64,000 bases of DNA, taken from positions 1,171 to 65,170 of the forward strand of contig JBGAML010000008.1 of assembly GCA_044223005.1 (NCBI GenBank). The letters are read 5' to 3'. Positions 53,201-64,000 of this stretch are shown one piece after another (within the stretch, counting starts at the first letter, position 1; each line of letters starts with the position of its first letter). The notes beneath the pieces are model-generated. The model made no database searches, was not told where the DNA came from, and saw nothing but the letters and a program-made list of their open reading frames with translations. The translations under genes were made by a program, and so were the position numbers. The DNA comes from Candidatus Eiseniibacteriota bacterium (GTDB taxonomy: Bacteria > Eisenbacteria > RBG-16-71-46).

Positions 53201-53766
53201 AGGACCTCTCCGTCGCCGGCCGCTACGCCCAGGCCCTGAAGCTGCTCGTCGAGCGGCACGCGGGTCCGGGGCCGGCGCTCGTCCAGGCGCTCGATCGCGT
53301 GCAGGCCGATCTCGGCTCGCTCGCCGAGCTGCTCCGGCCGGGCTCGCGGCTGGGCGACCTGCTCTCGCACCCGCAGGTGCGGCCCGAGGACAAGCGGGCC
53401 GTGCTGCGGACGGCGCTCGACGGCCGCGCGGAGCGATCCGTCGCCGTGTTCGCCGACCTGCTCCTGCGCAAGAAGCGCCTCGCGCTGCTGCCGCAGATCG
53501 TGCGCGACTTCGCGGCGATCGTGGACCGCGTGAAGGGCGTGCAGCACGCGCACGTGGTCAGCGCGGTGCCGCTCACGCCCGAGGAGCTCCAGCGCCTCCA
53601 CGCCGGTCTCGAGAAGCGGACCGGGCTCAAGCTCACGGTGGACACGGTGATCGATCCGTCGCTCGTCGGCGGCGCCTACGTGCGCATCGGCGACCGGATC
53701 ATCGACCGCAGCGTCCACACCCTGCTCCAGACACTCGCGAACCGGCTGTACGAAGTCAGCGTCTGA
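53197..53766 (+). CDS. atpH: F1 subunit delta (OSCP)
   Basis: 189 aa. Motifs: VAGRYAQAL... and ...GGAYVRIGDRIIDRSVHTLLQTL. The ATG overlaps the atpF stop (ATGA). Confidence 0.88.
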   Translation: MKDLSVAGRYAQALKLLVERHAGPGPALVQALDRVQADLGSLAELLRPGSRLGDLLSHPQVRPEDKRAVLRTALDGRAERSVAVFADLLLRKKRLALLPQIVRDFAAIVDRVKGVQHAHVVSAVPLTPEELQRLHAGLEKRTGLKLTVDTVIDPSLVGGAYVRIGDRIIDRSVHTLLQTLANRLYEVSV

Positions 53767-53808
53767 CGGCGCCGACGAACAACCACCCTCATCCGGGGTC
53801 TGCACCGA

Positions 53809-55317
<1,509 letters not shown>

Positions 55318-55321
55318 GACG

Positions 55322-56176
55322 ATGGCGTCCCTGAAGGATCTCCGGCGGCGCATCCGCGCCACCAAGAGCATGCAGCAGATCTTCAAGGCCATGGAGATGG
55401 TGTCCGCGGCCAAGCTGCGCCGCGCCCAGGCGCGAGCGCAGGCGGCTTCGCCGTACTCGCGCAAGATCTCCGAGATCCTCGCGAACCTCTCCGGCGCCGC
55501 GGCGGATCTCGAGCATCCGCTCTTCAAGGCGCGCGAGGTGAAGCGTTCGGCGCTCATCGTCATCACCGCCGACCGCGGCTTCGCCGGGACGTACAGCACG
55601 AACATCCTCCGCGCCGCGGAGGCGGTCGTGCGCTCGCGTCCCGCCGGATCGGTGCTGCTGGTGGTCACGGGCCGCAAGGGCCGCGACTACTTCCGCCGCC
55701 GCGGGTACGCGCTGCACGCCGCGCACACCGATCTCGCCAGCGACGCCAGCATCGACCTCGCCCGCCAGATCACCGACGAGATGGCCGCGCTGTTCCTGCG
55801 CGGCGAGGTGGACAAGGTCGAGGTCATGTTCACGCACATGGTGAACGCCCTCGTCCGGCGCGTGATCACGGAGACGTTCCTGCCGATCGGCAGCGAGGCG
55901 ACGCAGGGCGCGCAGGATCGCGGGACGATCTTCGAGCCGAACGCGGAGACGATCTTCGGCGAGCTGGTGCCGCGGTACGCCACCGCCAAGTTGTACGCCG
56001 CGCTGGCCGACGCCTTCGCGGCCGAGCACAGCGCCCGCATGGTGGCGATGGGTTCGGCGCGCAAGAACGCCGGCGAGCTGGTGGATGCGCTCACGTTGAC
56101 GCGGAACCGCCTGCGCCAGGCGGCGATCACGCGGGAAATCGCCGAGCTGGTCGGCGGCGCGGAAGCGCTCAAGTAA
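55322..56176 (+). CDS. atpG: F1 subunit gamma
   Basis: 284 aa. The N-terminus is MASLKDLRRRIRATKSMQQIFKAMEMVSAAKLRRAQ and the C-terminus is NRLRQAAITREIAELVGGAEAL. Confidence 0.95.
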   Translation: MASLKDLRRRIRATKSMQQIFKAMEMVSAAKLRRAQARAQAASPYSRKISEILANLSGAAADLEHPLFKAREVKRSALIVITADRGFAGTYSTNILRAAEAVVRSRPAGSVLLVVTGRKGRDYFRRRGYALHAAHTDLASDASIDLARQITDEMAALFLRGEVDKVEVMFTHMVNALVRRVITETFLPIGSEATQGAQDRGTIFEPNAETIFGELVPRYATAKLYAALADAFAAEHSARMVAMGSARKNAGELVDALTLTRNRLRQAAITREIAELVGGAEALK

Positions 56177-56211
56177 TCAACCGGTGCTGGCGGCCGAACG
56201 GCGCCGGCTGA

Positions 56212-57639
<1,428 letters not shown>

Positions 57640-57643
57640 TCCC

Positions 57644-57925
57644 ATGGCCGCGACCTTCAAGCTCTCGATCCTGACCCCCGAACAGGCGGTGTTCGAGGGC
57701 GAGGTGGAGTACGTCGAAGCGCCCGGCAGCGAGGGCTACTTCGGCGTGCTCGCGCACCACGCCGCGATGGTGACGACGCTGGGCAAGGGGCTGCTGAAGG
57801 TGCGCGGCACCGACGGCCAGACGCAGAGCTGGCCGGTGAGCGGCGGGTTCTTCGAGGTCAGCGACAACAAGGCGACGGTGCTCGCGGACTCGGTGACGAT
57901 GCCGGCGGGAGCCGCGAAGGCGTAG
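57644..57925 (+). CDS. atpC: F1 subunit epsilon, short form (beta-sandwich only)
   Basis: 93 aa: FKLSILTPEQAVFEGEVEYVEAPGSEGYFGVLAHHAAMVTTL...VSGGFFEVSDNKATVLAD. The sequence ends right after the N-terminal domain. Confidence 0.85.
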   Translation: MAATFKLSILTPEQAVFEGEVEYVEAPGSEGYFGVLAHHAAMVTTLGKGLLKVRGTDGQTQSWPVSGGFFEVSDNKATVLADSVTMPAGAAKA

Positions 57926-57952
57926 CGGCTCACCACAGCGACACGAAACGCG

Positions 57953-57988
57953 CGACGGGCGCGGAGCGAAAAGGCTCCGCGCCCGTCG
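57953..57988 (+). terminator. Intrinsic terminator of the atp operon
   Basis: Perfect 15-bp stem CGACGGGCGCGGAGC / GCTCCGCGCCCGTCG with loop GAAAAG. It lies 28 nt after the atpC stop and is followed by TGCGTTCGG. Confidence 0.65.
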
Positions 57989-58239
57989 TGCGTTCGGGGC
58001 AGCATCGGGCCAGCTCCATCGCCGCTCCATCCCCGCGGAGTTCGCTCCATGTCCGTGGAGTCCCCGATGACGCGGACGCCGGCGCGCGGAGCCGGCGCCG
58101 TTTCGGGCTGATGGAGGCAAGACGCACGGCGGCAGCCGGATGCGGTGGACGCCGTGCCCGGTCTCGCGGGGATCCTCCCGGCGGTCCCGATCTTGCGGTG
58201 GTCCGTCTGCGACCGGATCCACCACGAAAGGAGCGCGCC

Positions 58240-58761
58240 ATGCATCGTCGCATCGTCCTGTCGCTCGTCATGGCTTTGCTGTTCAGCGGCACGGCTTCCG
58301 CGGAGTCGCAGGCCTGGGACGTCTACTACGGACCCGACCAGGCGTTCGTGAACGTGATCATCTCCGGATTCGAATCGGACACGCTGCATTTCGTGTCCGC
58401 GGCCGGCGCGATCGCCGTGCCCCAGGACTCGCTCCACCGGATCGTGAAGAGGAACGCGGCCCATCCCGAGATCGGCATCCTGGGCATGGTGGCGGGCACG
58501 GTCATTGGTGGCGCGACCGCGCCCCGGCAGACGGGGCTTGCCGCGCTGTTCAGCCCGGTCGAGATCGTGGGCCGCGCCCTGGTCGGCGGTCTCCTGGGCG
58601 GCGTGATCGGAACCGTATTCGGATCGTCGATGGGTGCCGACAAGGTGTACCGCCTCGACGAGATGAGCCCCGAGCAGAAGCGAAAGCTCCTGACGCGTCT
58701 CTTCTCGCACGTGAGGACGGGCCGCCGGCCCGTGCTCTGCCCGACCTGTCCGGGGGAGTGA
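58240..58761 (+). CDS. Hypothetical secreted / membrane protein with a Gly-zipper segment
   Basis: ATG 58240 within listed ORF 57988..58761, with an AAAGGAG RBS. The signal peptide is MHRRIVLSLVMALLFSGTASA. The glycine-zipper-like segment is GILGMVAGTVIGGATA...LVGGLLGGVIGTVFGSSMG. Confidence 0.55.
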   Translation: MHRRIVLSLVMALLFSGTASAESQAWDVYYGPDQAFVNVIISGFESDTLHFVSAAGAIAVPQDSLHRIVKRNAAHPEIGILGMVAGTVIGGATAPRQTGLAALFSPVEIVGRALVGGLLGGVIGTVFGSSMGADKVYRLDEMSPEQKRKLLTRLFSHVRTGRRPVLCPTCPGE

Positions 58762-58815
58762 GGATCGGCCGGCGCGGCGGCGTCGCCCGAGTGCGGATGC
58801 GATGTGCGAACGCCA

Positions 58816-59340
58816 TCAGAGGGCGCGCGCGTCGGGCCCCAGAAATCGCGCGCGCAGCACGGGGCGCAGCGCCGCCATGGTCGCCTCCAGCTCATCGGCC
58901 CGCTCACGCCGCGCCGGCGCCGCGTCCGCGGCGTCGGCGATCGACTGCGCGGCGCGCTCCGCCAGCGGCAGGCACGTGTCGCGCTGACCCAGGCGCGCGA
59001 GCAGCGCGACCGCTCGCCGGACGAGCGAGCGCGTCGCGGCGATCGTGGCGAGCGCATCGTCCACGGTCACCGCGCCGCGCCGGACCTCGCCGAGCAACCG
59101 GCACTCGAACGCGCTGCAGCAGGCCGGCCGGTGGGGATAGACGCCGCATCGCGTGCCGCGCAGGGCGGCGCAGGGCTGCACGAGGACGTCGCCTTCGGCA
59201 TCGCCCTCGTCTACCTCGAGACCCAGCGCCACGAGCCGGGTGGCTTCCGCGCGGCCCGTCAGCTCGACCTCGGCGAAGAGCGTGCCGTCGCAGCAGAGTC
59301 CGCATCGCGTGCAGAGCGTGTCCGTCAGGGAGGGCGTCAT
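58816..59340 (-). CDS. YkgJ-family cysteine-cluster protein (CxxCxxCC)
   Basis: C-terminal 174 aa of listed ORF 58816..59442, from ATG 59340: LCTRCGLCCDGTLF...QPCAALRGTRCGVYPHRPACCSAFEC. Confidence 0.75.
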   Translation of the reverse strand: MTPSLTDTLCTRCGLCCDGTLFAEVELTGRAEATRLVALGLEVDEGDAEGDVLVQPCAALRGTRCGVYPHRPACCSAFECRLLGEVRRGAVTVDDALATIAATRSLVRRAVALLARLGQRDTCLPLAERAAQSIADAADAAPARRERADELEATMAALRPVLRARFLGPDARAL

Positions 59341-59522
59341 GCCCCGACCATGCGCCCCCGCGGGCCAGAGCGGAAGTGGCTGGTGCGCGCCGCCTGCGGG
59401 TGCCGGCCGGGCGGGAAGCCCCTTTGTTCGGCAATCGAACATAGCGTACGCTTACGCGTGACCTCTTGAGCCGCACCATCCCGCTGAAGCACCCCGCCCA
59501 TCCCGGCAGGAGGATTTCCCCC

Positions 59523-61418
59523 GTGAGCAAAGCGCTGTTCATCCGCTCCCTCTGCGGTCTCGCGCTGGCCGGCCTGCTCTCCGTCGGCAACGCCGTTCCC
59601 GCCCATGCCACCTGGTCGCTCATCTGGGCCGACGAGTTCAACGGCACGTCGCTCAGCACGGCCGACTGGAACTACGACATCGGCACGGGATGCCCGAACC
59701 TCTGCGGCTGGGGCAACAATGAGCTGGAGTACTACCGGGCCGAGAACGTCGCCGTCACCGGTGGGAACCTCGTCATCACGACGAAGGCGGAGTCGTTCGG
59801 CGGATCCAGCTACACGTCGGGCAAGATCACGACGAAGAGCAAGCACACCTTCACTTACGGCCGCATCGAGATGCGCGCGAAGCTCCCGACCGGCGGCGGC
59901 ATCTGGCCCGCGTTCTGGATGATGCCCCAGTCGAACGTCTATGGAGGCTGGGCCGCGAGCGGCGAGATCGACATCATGGAAGCCGCCAACACGACGAGTT
60001 CGGTGGGCGGGACGATCCACTACGGCGGCACCTCTCCCTCGAACACGTCCACCGGTGGATCGTATACCCAGGGGGGCGCGAACTTCGCCAACACGTTCCA
60101 TACGTACGCGGTCGAATGGCAGCCGGACACCCTCCGCTGGTATGTGGATGGCATGCCCTATTTCACGGCGACCAGCGCCCAGTGGTTCAGCAGCACCGTT
60201 CCGAGCAATCCGCGGGCGCCCTTCGACCAGCCGTTCTACATCCTCCTGAACACGGCGATCGGCGGCAACTACACCGGCTGCACGAGCGCGGGCTGCATCA
60301 CCGCCAGCCTCCCGCAGCAGTACCTGGTCGACTACATCCGGGTCTACCAGGACATCGCCAATGTTCCGCCGATCGTCGACATCACGTCGCCGGCCAGCGG
60401 CACGCTGCCGGCGGGGAACATCACGATCGACGCTTCCGCGGTCGATCCGGACGGCGTGATCACGAAGGTCGAGTTCTACAACGGGTCCGCCTGGCTCGGC
60501 GAAGCTGCCGCGGCGCCCTACTCGTACACCTGGAACTCCGTTCCGAACGGTTGTTACGACGTGATGGTGCGCGCGATCGACAATCTTGGCGGCATCGCCA
60601 CGAGCCGCGTCGACCTGAAGGTCGGTACCGGTTGCGGTCAGGCCTCGTACCTGGGCGCCGCATTCGGCTTCCCCGCGCGGGTCGAGGCCGAGAACTACGA
60701 CGCGGGCGGCGAAGGGGTGGCGTATCACGACGCCGATCCCACGAACCGAGGCGGACAGTATCGCCCCGCCGAGGGCGTCGACCTCGAGGCCTGTACCGAT
60801 ACCGGCGGCGGATACGACCTCGGCTGGATCTATCCGGGCGAGTACGTGGAATACACGGTCAGCGTCCCCGCGTCCGGGACCTACCCGATCAGCGTTCGTG
60901 TCGCGTCGCAGTCCGCGGGCGGCGCGTTCCACCTGGAGTTCAACCGCCGCGATGCCACAGGCACCGTCGTCGCACCGGCCACGGGCGGCTGGCAGACGTG
61001 GGCGACGGTCTCGACGATCGCGACGCTCACCGCCGGGACCCAGGTCATGCGCTTCGTGCCGACGGCGGGTGAGTTCAACCTCAACTACTTCGACGTCGGC
61101 TCGGCGCCCGCGGCGGTGCTGCCCGACGGTGGTCCGGCGCGCGACGTCCTGCACGCCGCGTATCCGAACCCGTTCAACGGAACGCTGGCGATTCGATACG
61201 ACCTGCGCGCGCGCACGACGGTACGCCTCGCCCTCTTCGATGTGCGTGGCCGGCGGGTGAAGACGCTGGTGTCGGGGGAGACGCTCGACGCGGGGAGCCA
61301 CGAAGCGCTCTGGGATGGCCGCGACGATGCCGGCCGCGTCGCCGCGGCGGGGATCTACTTCTACCGACTGGATGCCGGTTCCCACTCCGAAACCCGGAGG
61401 CTGGTGCGGACGGAGTGA
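59523..61418 (+). CDS. Secreted GH16 beta-glucanase: GH16, Ig-like, CBM6-like and FlgD-Ig / T9SS-like C-terminal domains
   Basis: Listed ORF 59466..61418. I prefer GTG 59523, which lies downstream of an AGGAGG RBS. The signal peptide is ...LALAGLLSVGNAVPAHA. The GH16 catalytic motif is GEIDIMEA. The CBM-like segment is RVEAENYDAGGEGVAYHD. The C-terminal domain is YPNPFNGTLAIRYDL...LFDVRGRRVKTLV...AAGIYFYRL. Confidence 0.88.
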   Translation: MSKALFIRSLCGLALAGLLSVGNAVPAHATWSLIWADEFNGTSLSTADWNYDIGTGCPNLCGWGNNELEYYRAENVAVTGGNLVITTKAESFGGSSYTSGKITTKSKHTFTYGRIEMRAKLPTGGGIWPAFWMMPQSNVYGGWAASGEIDIMEAANTTSSVGGTIHYGGTSPSNTSTGGSYTQGGANFANTFHTYAVEWQPDTLRWYVDGMPYFTATSAQWFSSTVPSNPRAPFDQPFYILLNTAIGGNYTGCTSAGCITASLPQQYLVDYIRVYQDIANVPPIVDITSPASGTLPAGNITIDASAVDPDGVITKVEFYNGSAWLGEAAAAPYSYTWNSVPNGCYDVMVRAIDNLGGIATSRVDLKVGTGCGQASYLGAAFGFPARVEAENYDAGGEGVAYHDADPTNRGGQYRPAEGVDLEACTDTGGGYDLGWIYPGEYVEYTVSVPASGTYPISVRVASQSAGGAFHLEFNRRDATGTVVAPATGGWQTWATVSTIATLTAGTQVMRFVPTAGEFNLNYFDVGSAPAAVLPDGGPARDVLHAAYPNPFNGTLAIRYDLRARTTVRLALFDVRGRRVKTLVSGETLDAGSHEALWDGRDDAGRVAAAGIYFYRLDAGSHSETRRLVRTE

Positions 61419-61456
61419 TCGGGGACGACCCCGGGTCGATGAGAGCGTTCGTTTCC

Positions 61457-61484
61457 GAGCGGCCACCCTTCGGGGTGGCCGCTC
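61457..61484 (+). terminator. Intrinsic terminator after the GH16 gene
   Basis: Perfect 12-bp stem GAGCGGCCACCC / GGGTGGCCGCTC with a TTCG tetraloop, 39 nt after the stop. Confidence 0.65.
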
Positions 61485-61642
61485 GCGCATGTGCCGCGGT
61501 GGGAACGGGGCGGATGGCGAAGGCCGGGCGCTTCGCCAACCGGGCCCGGCAGGCGCTGCAGCTCCGCGGCGCCGAACGTCTGTTCGTCCGGGCAGCCTCG
61601 AGCGTAGGGAGGGGGTCCACCCTTCCCAACTCGGAGGCCCCC

Positions 61643-64000
61643 ATGCGCGCCATGCGACTTCCTGCGTCGGTCCTTTCGGCCCTCGTGCTGCTGTCCGCGA
61701 TCGCCACACCGCCCCCGGCGGCGGCGTTCGTCAACTTCAACTGGGCCGCGGCCGTCTCGGGCAACACCGACGACGCGAGCAAGTGGAGCCCCAGCGGGGT
61801 GCCCACGTCGCTCGACAACGTCTACATCGACCTCGCGGGCACCTACACCGTGTCGTTCACGGCCGGCACCCCGGCGCTCAGCACCCTCAACACGAACGGC
61901 GGCAGCGCGATTTGGAACGTGCTCAACCCCACCACGATCGGATCGGTGTGGGTGGCGAACTCGGCTTCGCCCTCCTTCCAGGCCGGGCAGATCGTCACGC
62001 AGTACCTGGAGCTGGGGAATGGGGGCAGTCCCACGCTCACGCTGACGCGGCAGTCCTCGTTCGGCCCGGCCGGCGTGTTCCGTTCCGCGGGAATCTCGCA
62101 CCCCGCCGGGAACGGTGACGAGATCGGCGCGTTTGGCGCCGTCGCCACGCTGAACGTGTTCGGGGGCGGCCTCTACGAGACGGGCTACAACACCACCGCT
62201 CCGTGGGGGCTCGTGATCGGGCCGCAGGCCAACACGACCGGCATCGTGAGCGTGGCCGGGTCGTACACGCTACCCACGACCTACAGCCGCCTCCACGCGA
62301 TCGGCACCGCGCCCATCAAGGTGGGCTTCACCGGCACCGGCACGCTCAACGTGAACAACGGTGGGATCTGCGACGCCGAGAACGACGTGATCGTCGCCGA
62401 GGTGACCGGCTCGAACGGAACGCTCAAGGTGGGCAACACCGGCACCGGCATCGGGACGCCCCGGCTCAACGTGGGGAACAACCTCGGGATCGGGCGCGGC
62501 GTGTTCGCCGTGGCCGCGGGCGTCGCCACGATGGAGGTCTCGACCCCCGGTATCGTTCGCGTGGCGGGGCGCACCGACGTGGGCAGCGAAGGCGGCGACC
62601 AGGGCTGTACGCTGCGCATGCAGGAGGGCGGCACGCTGGTCGCGTCGGGCGGGCTGTACGTGAAGCCCACTTCGGGCGCGGGCCTCGACCTGCGGGGCGG
62701 AGTCGTGCACGTGAACGGCGGCGCGTTCCAGTACCCGGCGAACCGGTTGCTCAACGTGACGAGCCACGTCGGGAACCCGCAGCTGTGGATCAGCAACCAT
62801 GGCAGCAACACGGGCCCCAGCCAGCCGGCGTCGATCTCGCAGCTGTTCGTGGGGCGTGGTGGCACCGGCATCATGCGCGTGACGGGCAGCGGTACCGTGC
62901 TCGCCCTCGGGCTCGGCGCGACCGCGGTCGGGGACTCGCTCGGTGGCATCGGCAACGTGGTCGTGGACTCCGCGGGCACGATCGCGTCCACCGGCCAGAT
63001 CGCGGTGGGTACGTCCGGGAGCGGCGTCGTCGAAGTGCGCGGCGGCGCCCGGGCCAACTTCACGACCACGTTCCTCGGCGCCGCGGCCACGGGCAATGGC
63101 CGCATCACGGTGACCGGACCGGGCTCGGTGTTCCACGCCGTGCAGGATGTGTACGTGGGCGGCGGGATCAACGGAGACGCCGGCACCGGCACGGTGGAGA
63201 TCGATTCGAGCGGCACGTTCGAGCTGGTCTCGAACGGCGGCATCAACACGCCGCTCGTGCGCATCTTCCCGACCGCGGGTCAGCTCGCGATCTCGAACGG
63301 TGGATTGCTCACCACGCCGGGAGGCGTGTCGAACCAGGGCTCGACCGTGCTGTCGAACGGCACCGTGGACGCACTCTACTTCTCGCAGCCCCCGACGGGG
63401 CGCCTGAGCGGCTGGGGGGCGTTCACGGGGCACCTGCAGAACAACGGTCTCGTGAGCCCGTCATCGCTCGGCGACAACTTCGGCGCGTTCCGCGTGGGCA
63501 ACCAGTTCTGGAACTTCACGGTGGGTCACTACCACGTGGACCTCGGACCCCACGTCGGACGGCGTTGCGACACGCTCGTGGTGACGAACACCGCGAACCT
63601 CGACGGAACGCTCGACCTGGCGACGGACGCCTCCTTCGTCCGGGTGACGGGGGACACGTTCACGGTGATGACGTACGGGGCACGCATCGGCACGTTCGCG
63701 ACCGTCACGTGGAACGGCACGCCGCTCGGCGGCCGGGCGCAGGTCGTGTATGGCCCCAACGCCGTGTGGGTGATCATGACCGGAACCACGGGCGTGGACG
63801 ATGGTCCGAACACCGCGGTGTCCGACCTGCGGCTCGCGCCCGTCTCCGTCCGCGGCGGCGCGGCGTTCGAGCTGGCGCTGCCCCGTGACGCGCAGGCCCG
63901 CGTGAAGCTCTATGACGTGACGGGACGGCTCGTTGCCACCCTCGCCGACGGCGCGCTCGTCGCCGGACGCCACACGCTGGCGGCGCCCGAGGCGGTCGCC
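61643..64000 (+). CDS. Large secreted beta-helix / autotransporter-passenger-like repeat protein with a FlgD-Ig-like C-terminal domain. The 3' end runs off the right edge of the window.
   Basis: Not in the ORF track because there is no stop before nt 64000. ATG 61643 lies 5 nt after GGAGG. My translation is open for 786 codons: MRAMRLPASVLSALVLLSAIATPPPAAA..., with repeated GTGTLNVNNGG / GSNGTLKVGNTG / GSGVVEVRGGA-type units. It continues ...CDTLVVTNTANLDGTLDLATD...TFTVMTYGARIGTFATV and ends ...ARVKLYDVTGRLVATLADG. The listed ORFs 62203..63888 (+), 62270..63433 (-) and 62281..63264 (-) are its shadows. Confidence 0.7.
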   Translation, partial: MRAMRLPASVLSALVLLSAIATPPPAAAFVNFNWAAAVSGNTDDASKWSPSGVPTSLDNVYIDLAGTYTVSFTAGTPALSTLNTNGGSAIWNVLNPTTIGSVWVANSASPSFQAGQIVTQYLELGNGGSPTLTLTRQSSFGPAGVFRSAGISHPAGNGDEIGAFGAVATLNVFGGGLYETGYNTTAPWGLVIGPQANTTGIVSVAGSYTLPTTYSRLHAIGTAPIKVGFTGTGTLNVNNGGICDAENDVIVAEVTGSNGTLKVGNTGTGIGTPRLNVGNNLGIGRGVFAVAAGVATMEVSTPGIVRVAGRTDVGSEGGDQGCTLRMQEGGTLVASGGLYVKPTSGAGLDLRGGVVHVNGGAFQYPANRLLNVTSHVGNPQLWISNHGSNTGPSQPASISQLFVGRGGTGIMRVTGSGTVLALGLGATAVGDSLGGIGNVVVDSAGTIASTGQIAVGTSGSGVVEVRGGARANFTTTFLGAAATGNGRITVTGPGSVFHAVQDVYVGGGINGDAGTGTVEIDSSGTFELVSNGGINTPLVRIFPTAGQLAISNGGLLTTPGGVSNQGSTVLSNGTVDALYFSQPPTGRLSGWGAFTGHLQNNGLVSPSSLGDNFGAFRVGNQFWNFTVGHYHVDLGPHVGRRCDTLVVTNTANLDGTLDLATDASFVRVTGDTFTVMTYGARIGTFATVTWNGTPLGGRAQVVYGPNAVWVIMTGTTGVDDGPNTAVSDLRLAPVSVRGGAAFELALPRDAQARVKLYDVTGRLVATLADGALVAGRHTLAAPEAVA

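Overview
This is a very GC-rich (roughly 70% by eye) bacterial chromosomal segment. It is densely coded with strong third-position GC bias, so the six-frame track is full of long Arg/Ala/Pro-rich shadow ORFs. I called genes from recognisable protein motifs, start-codon and RBS context, and stop/start coupling. No rRNA, tRNA, CRISPR array, transposase or integrase was recognised.

Contents, left to right:
- A minus-strand string of RecB/TM0106-like nuclease (partial), cdaA, folP and a DinB-family gene.
- An OmpA-family protein with thrombospondin type-3 repeats.
- A complete minus-strand chemotaxis operon: cheA, cheW, mcp, cheY, cheB, cheR.
- A hybrid histidine-kinase-like protein with two receiver domains whose H-box histidine appears to be missing.
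- An uncharacterised envelope operon: DUF4159, DUF4175, a TPR protein and a secreted amidotransferase-like protein.
- secD, secF and a lipoprotein gene.
- An outer-membrane barrel gene followed by guaB.
- Several secreted or conserved hypothetical genes.
- A three-gene chemosensory-like module that looks catalytically degenerate (MCP-like, CheA-P4/P5-like plus receiver, receiver-GAF).
- A trio of degenerate nucleotidyltransferase, TPM and LemA genes.
- korA, korB and a polysaccharide deacetylase gene.
- A ferredoxin and ACT-domain pair.
- An M20 dipeptidase, an AlkD-like protein, a repeat-rich secreted protein, a GNAT acetyltransferase, yajQ and a NUDIX hydrolase.
- A full F1Fo ATP synthase operon (atpZ-like, AtpI-like region fused in frame to atpB, then atpE, F, H, A, G, D, C).
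- A GH16 glucanase and a large beta-helix-repeat secreted protein, both ending in FlgD-Ig / T9SS-like C-terminal domains.

That C-terminal domain type hints at an FCB-group lineage such as Gemmatimonadota or a related candidate phylum. This is inference only.

No clearly novel system is proven from sequence alone. The most interesting candidates are:
- the kinase-dead chemosensory-like module (33214-38271);
- the His-less hybrid kinase next to the che operon;
- the DUF4159/DUF4175 envelope operon;
- the pseudo-NTase-TPM-LemA trio;
- the in-frame AtpI-a fusion with His-rich tracts.
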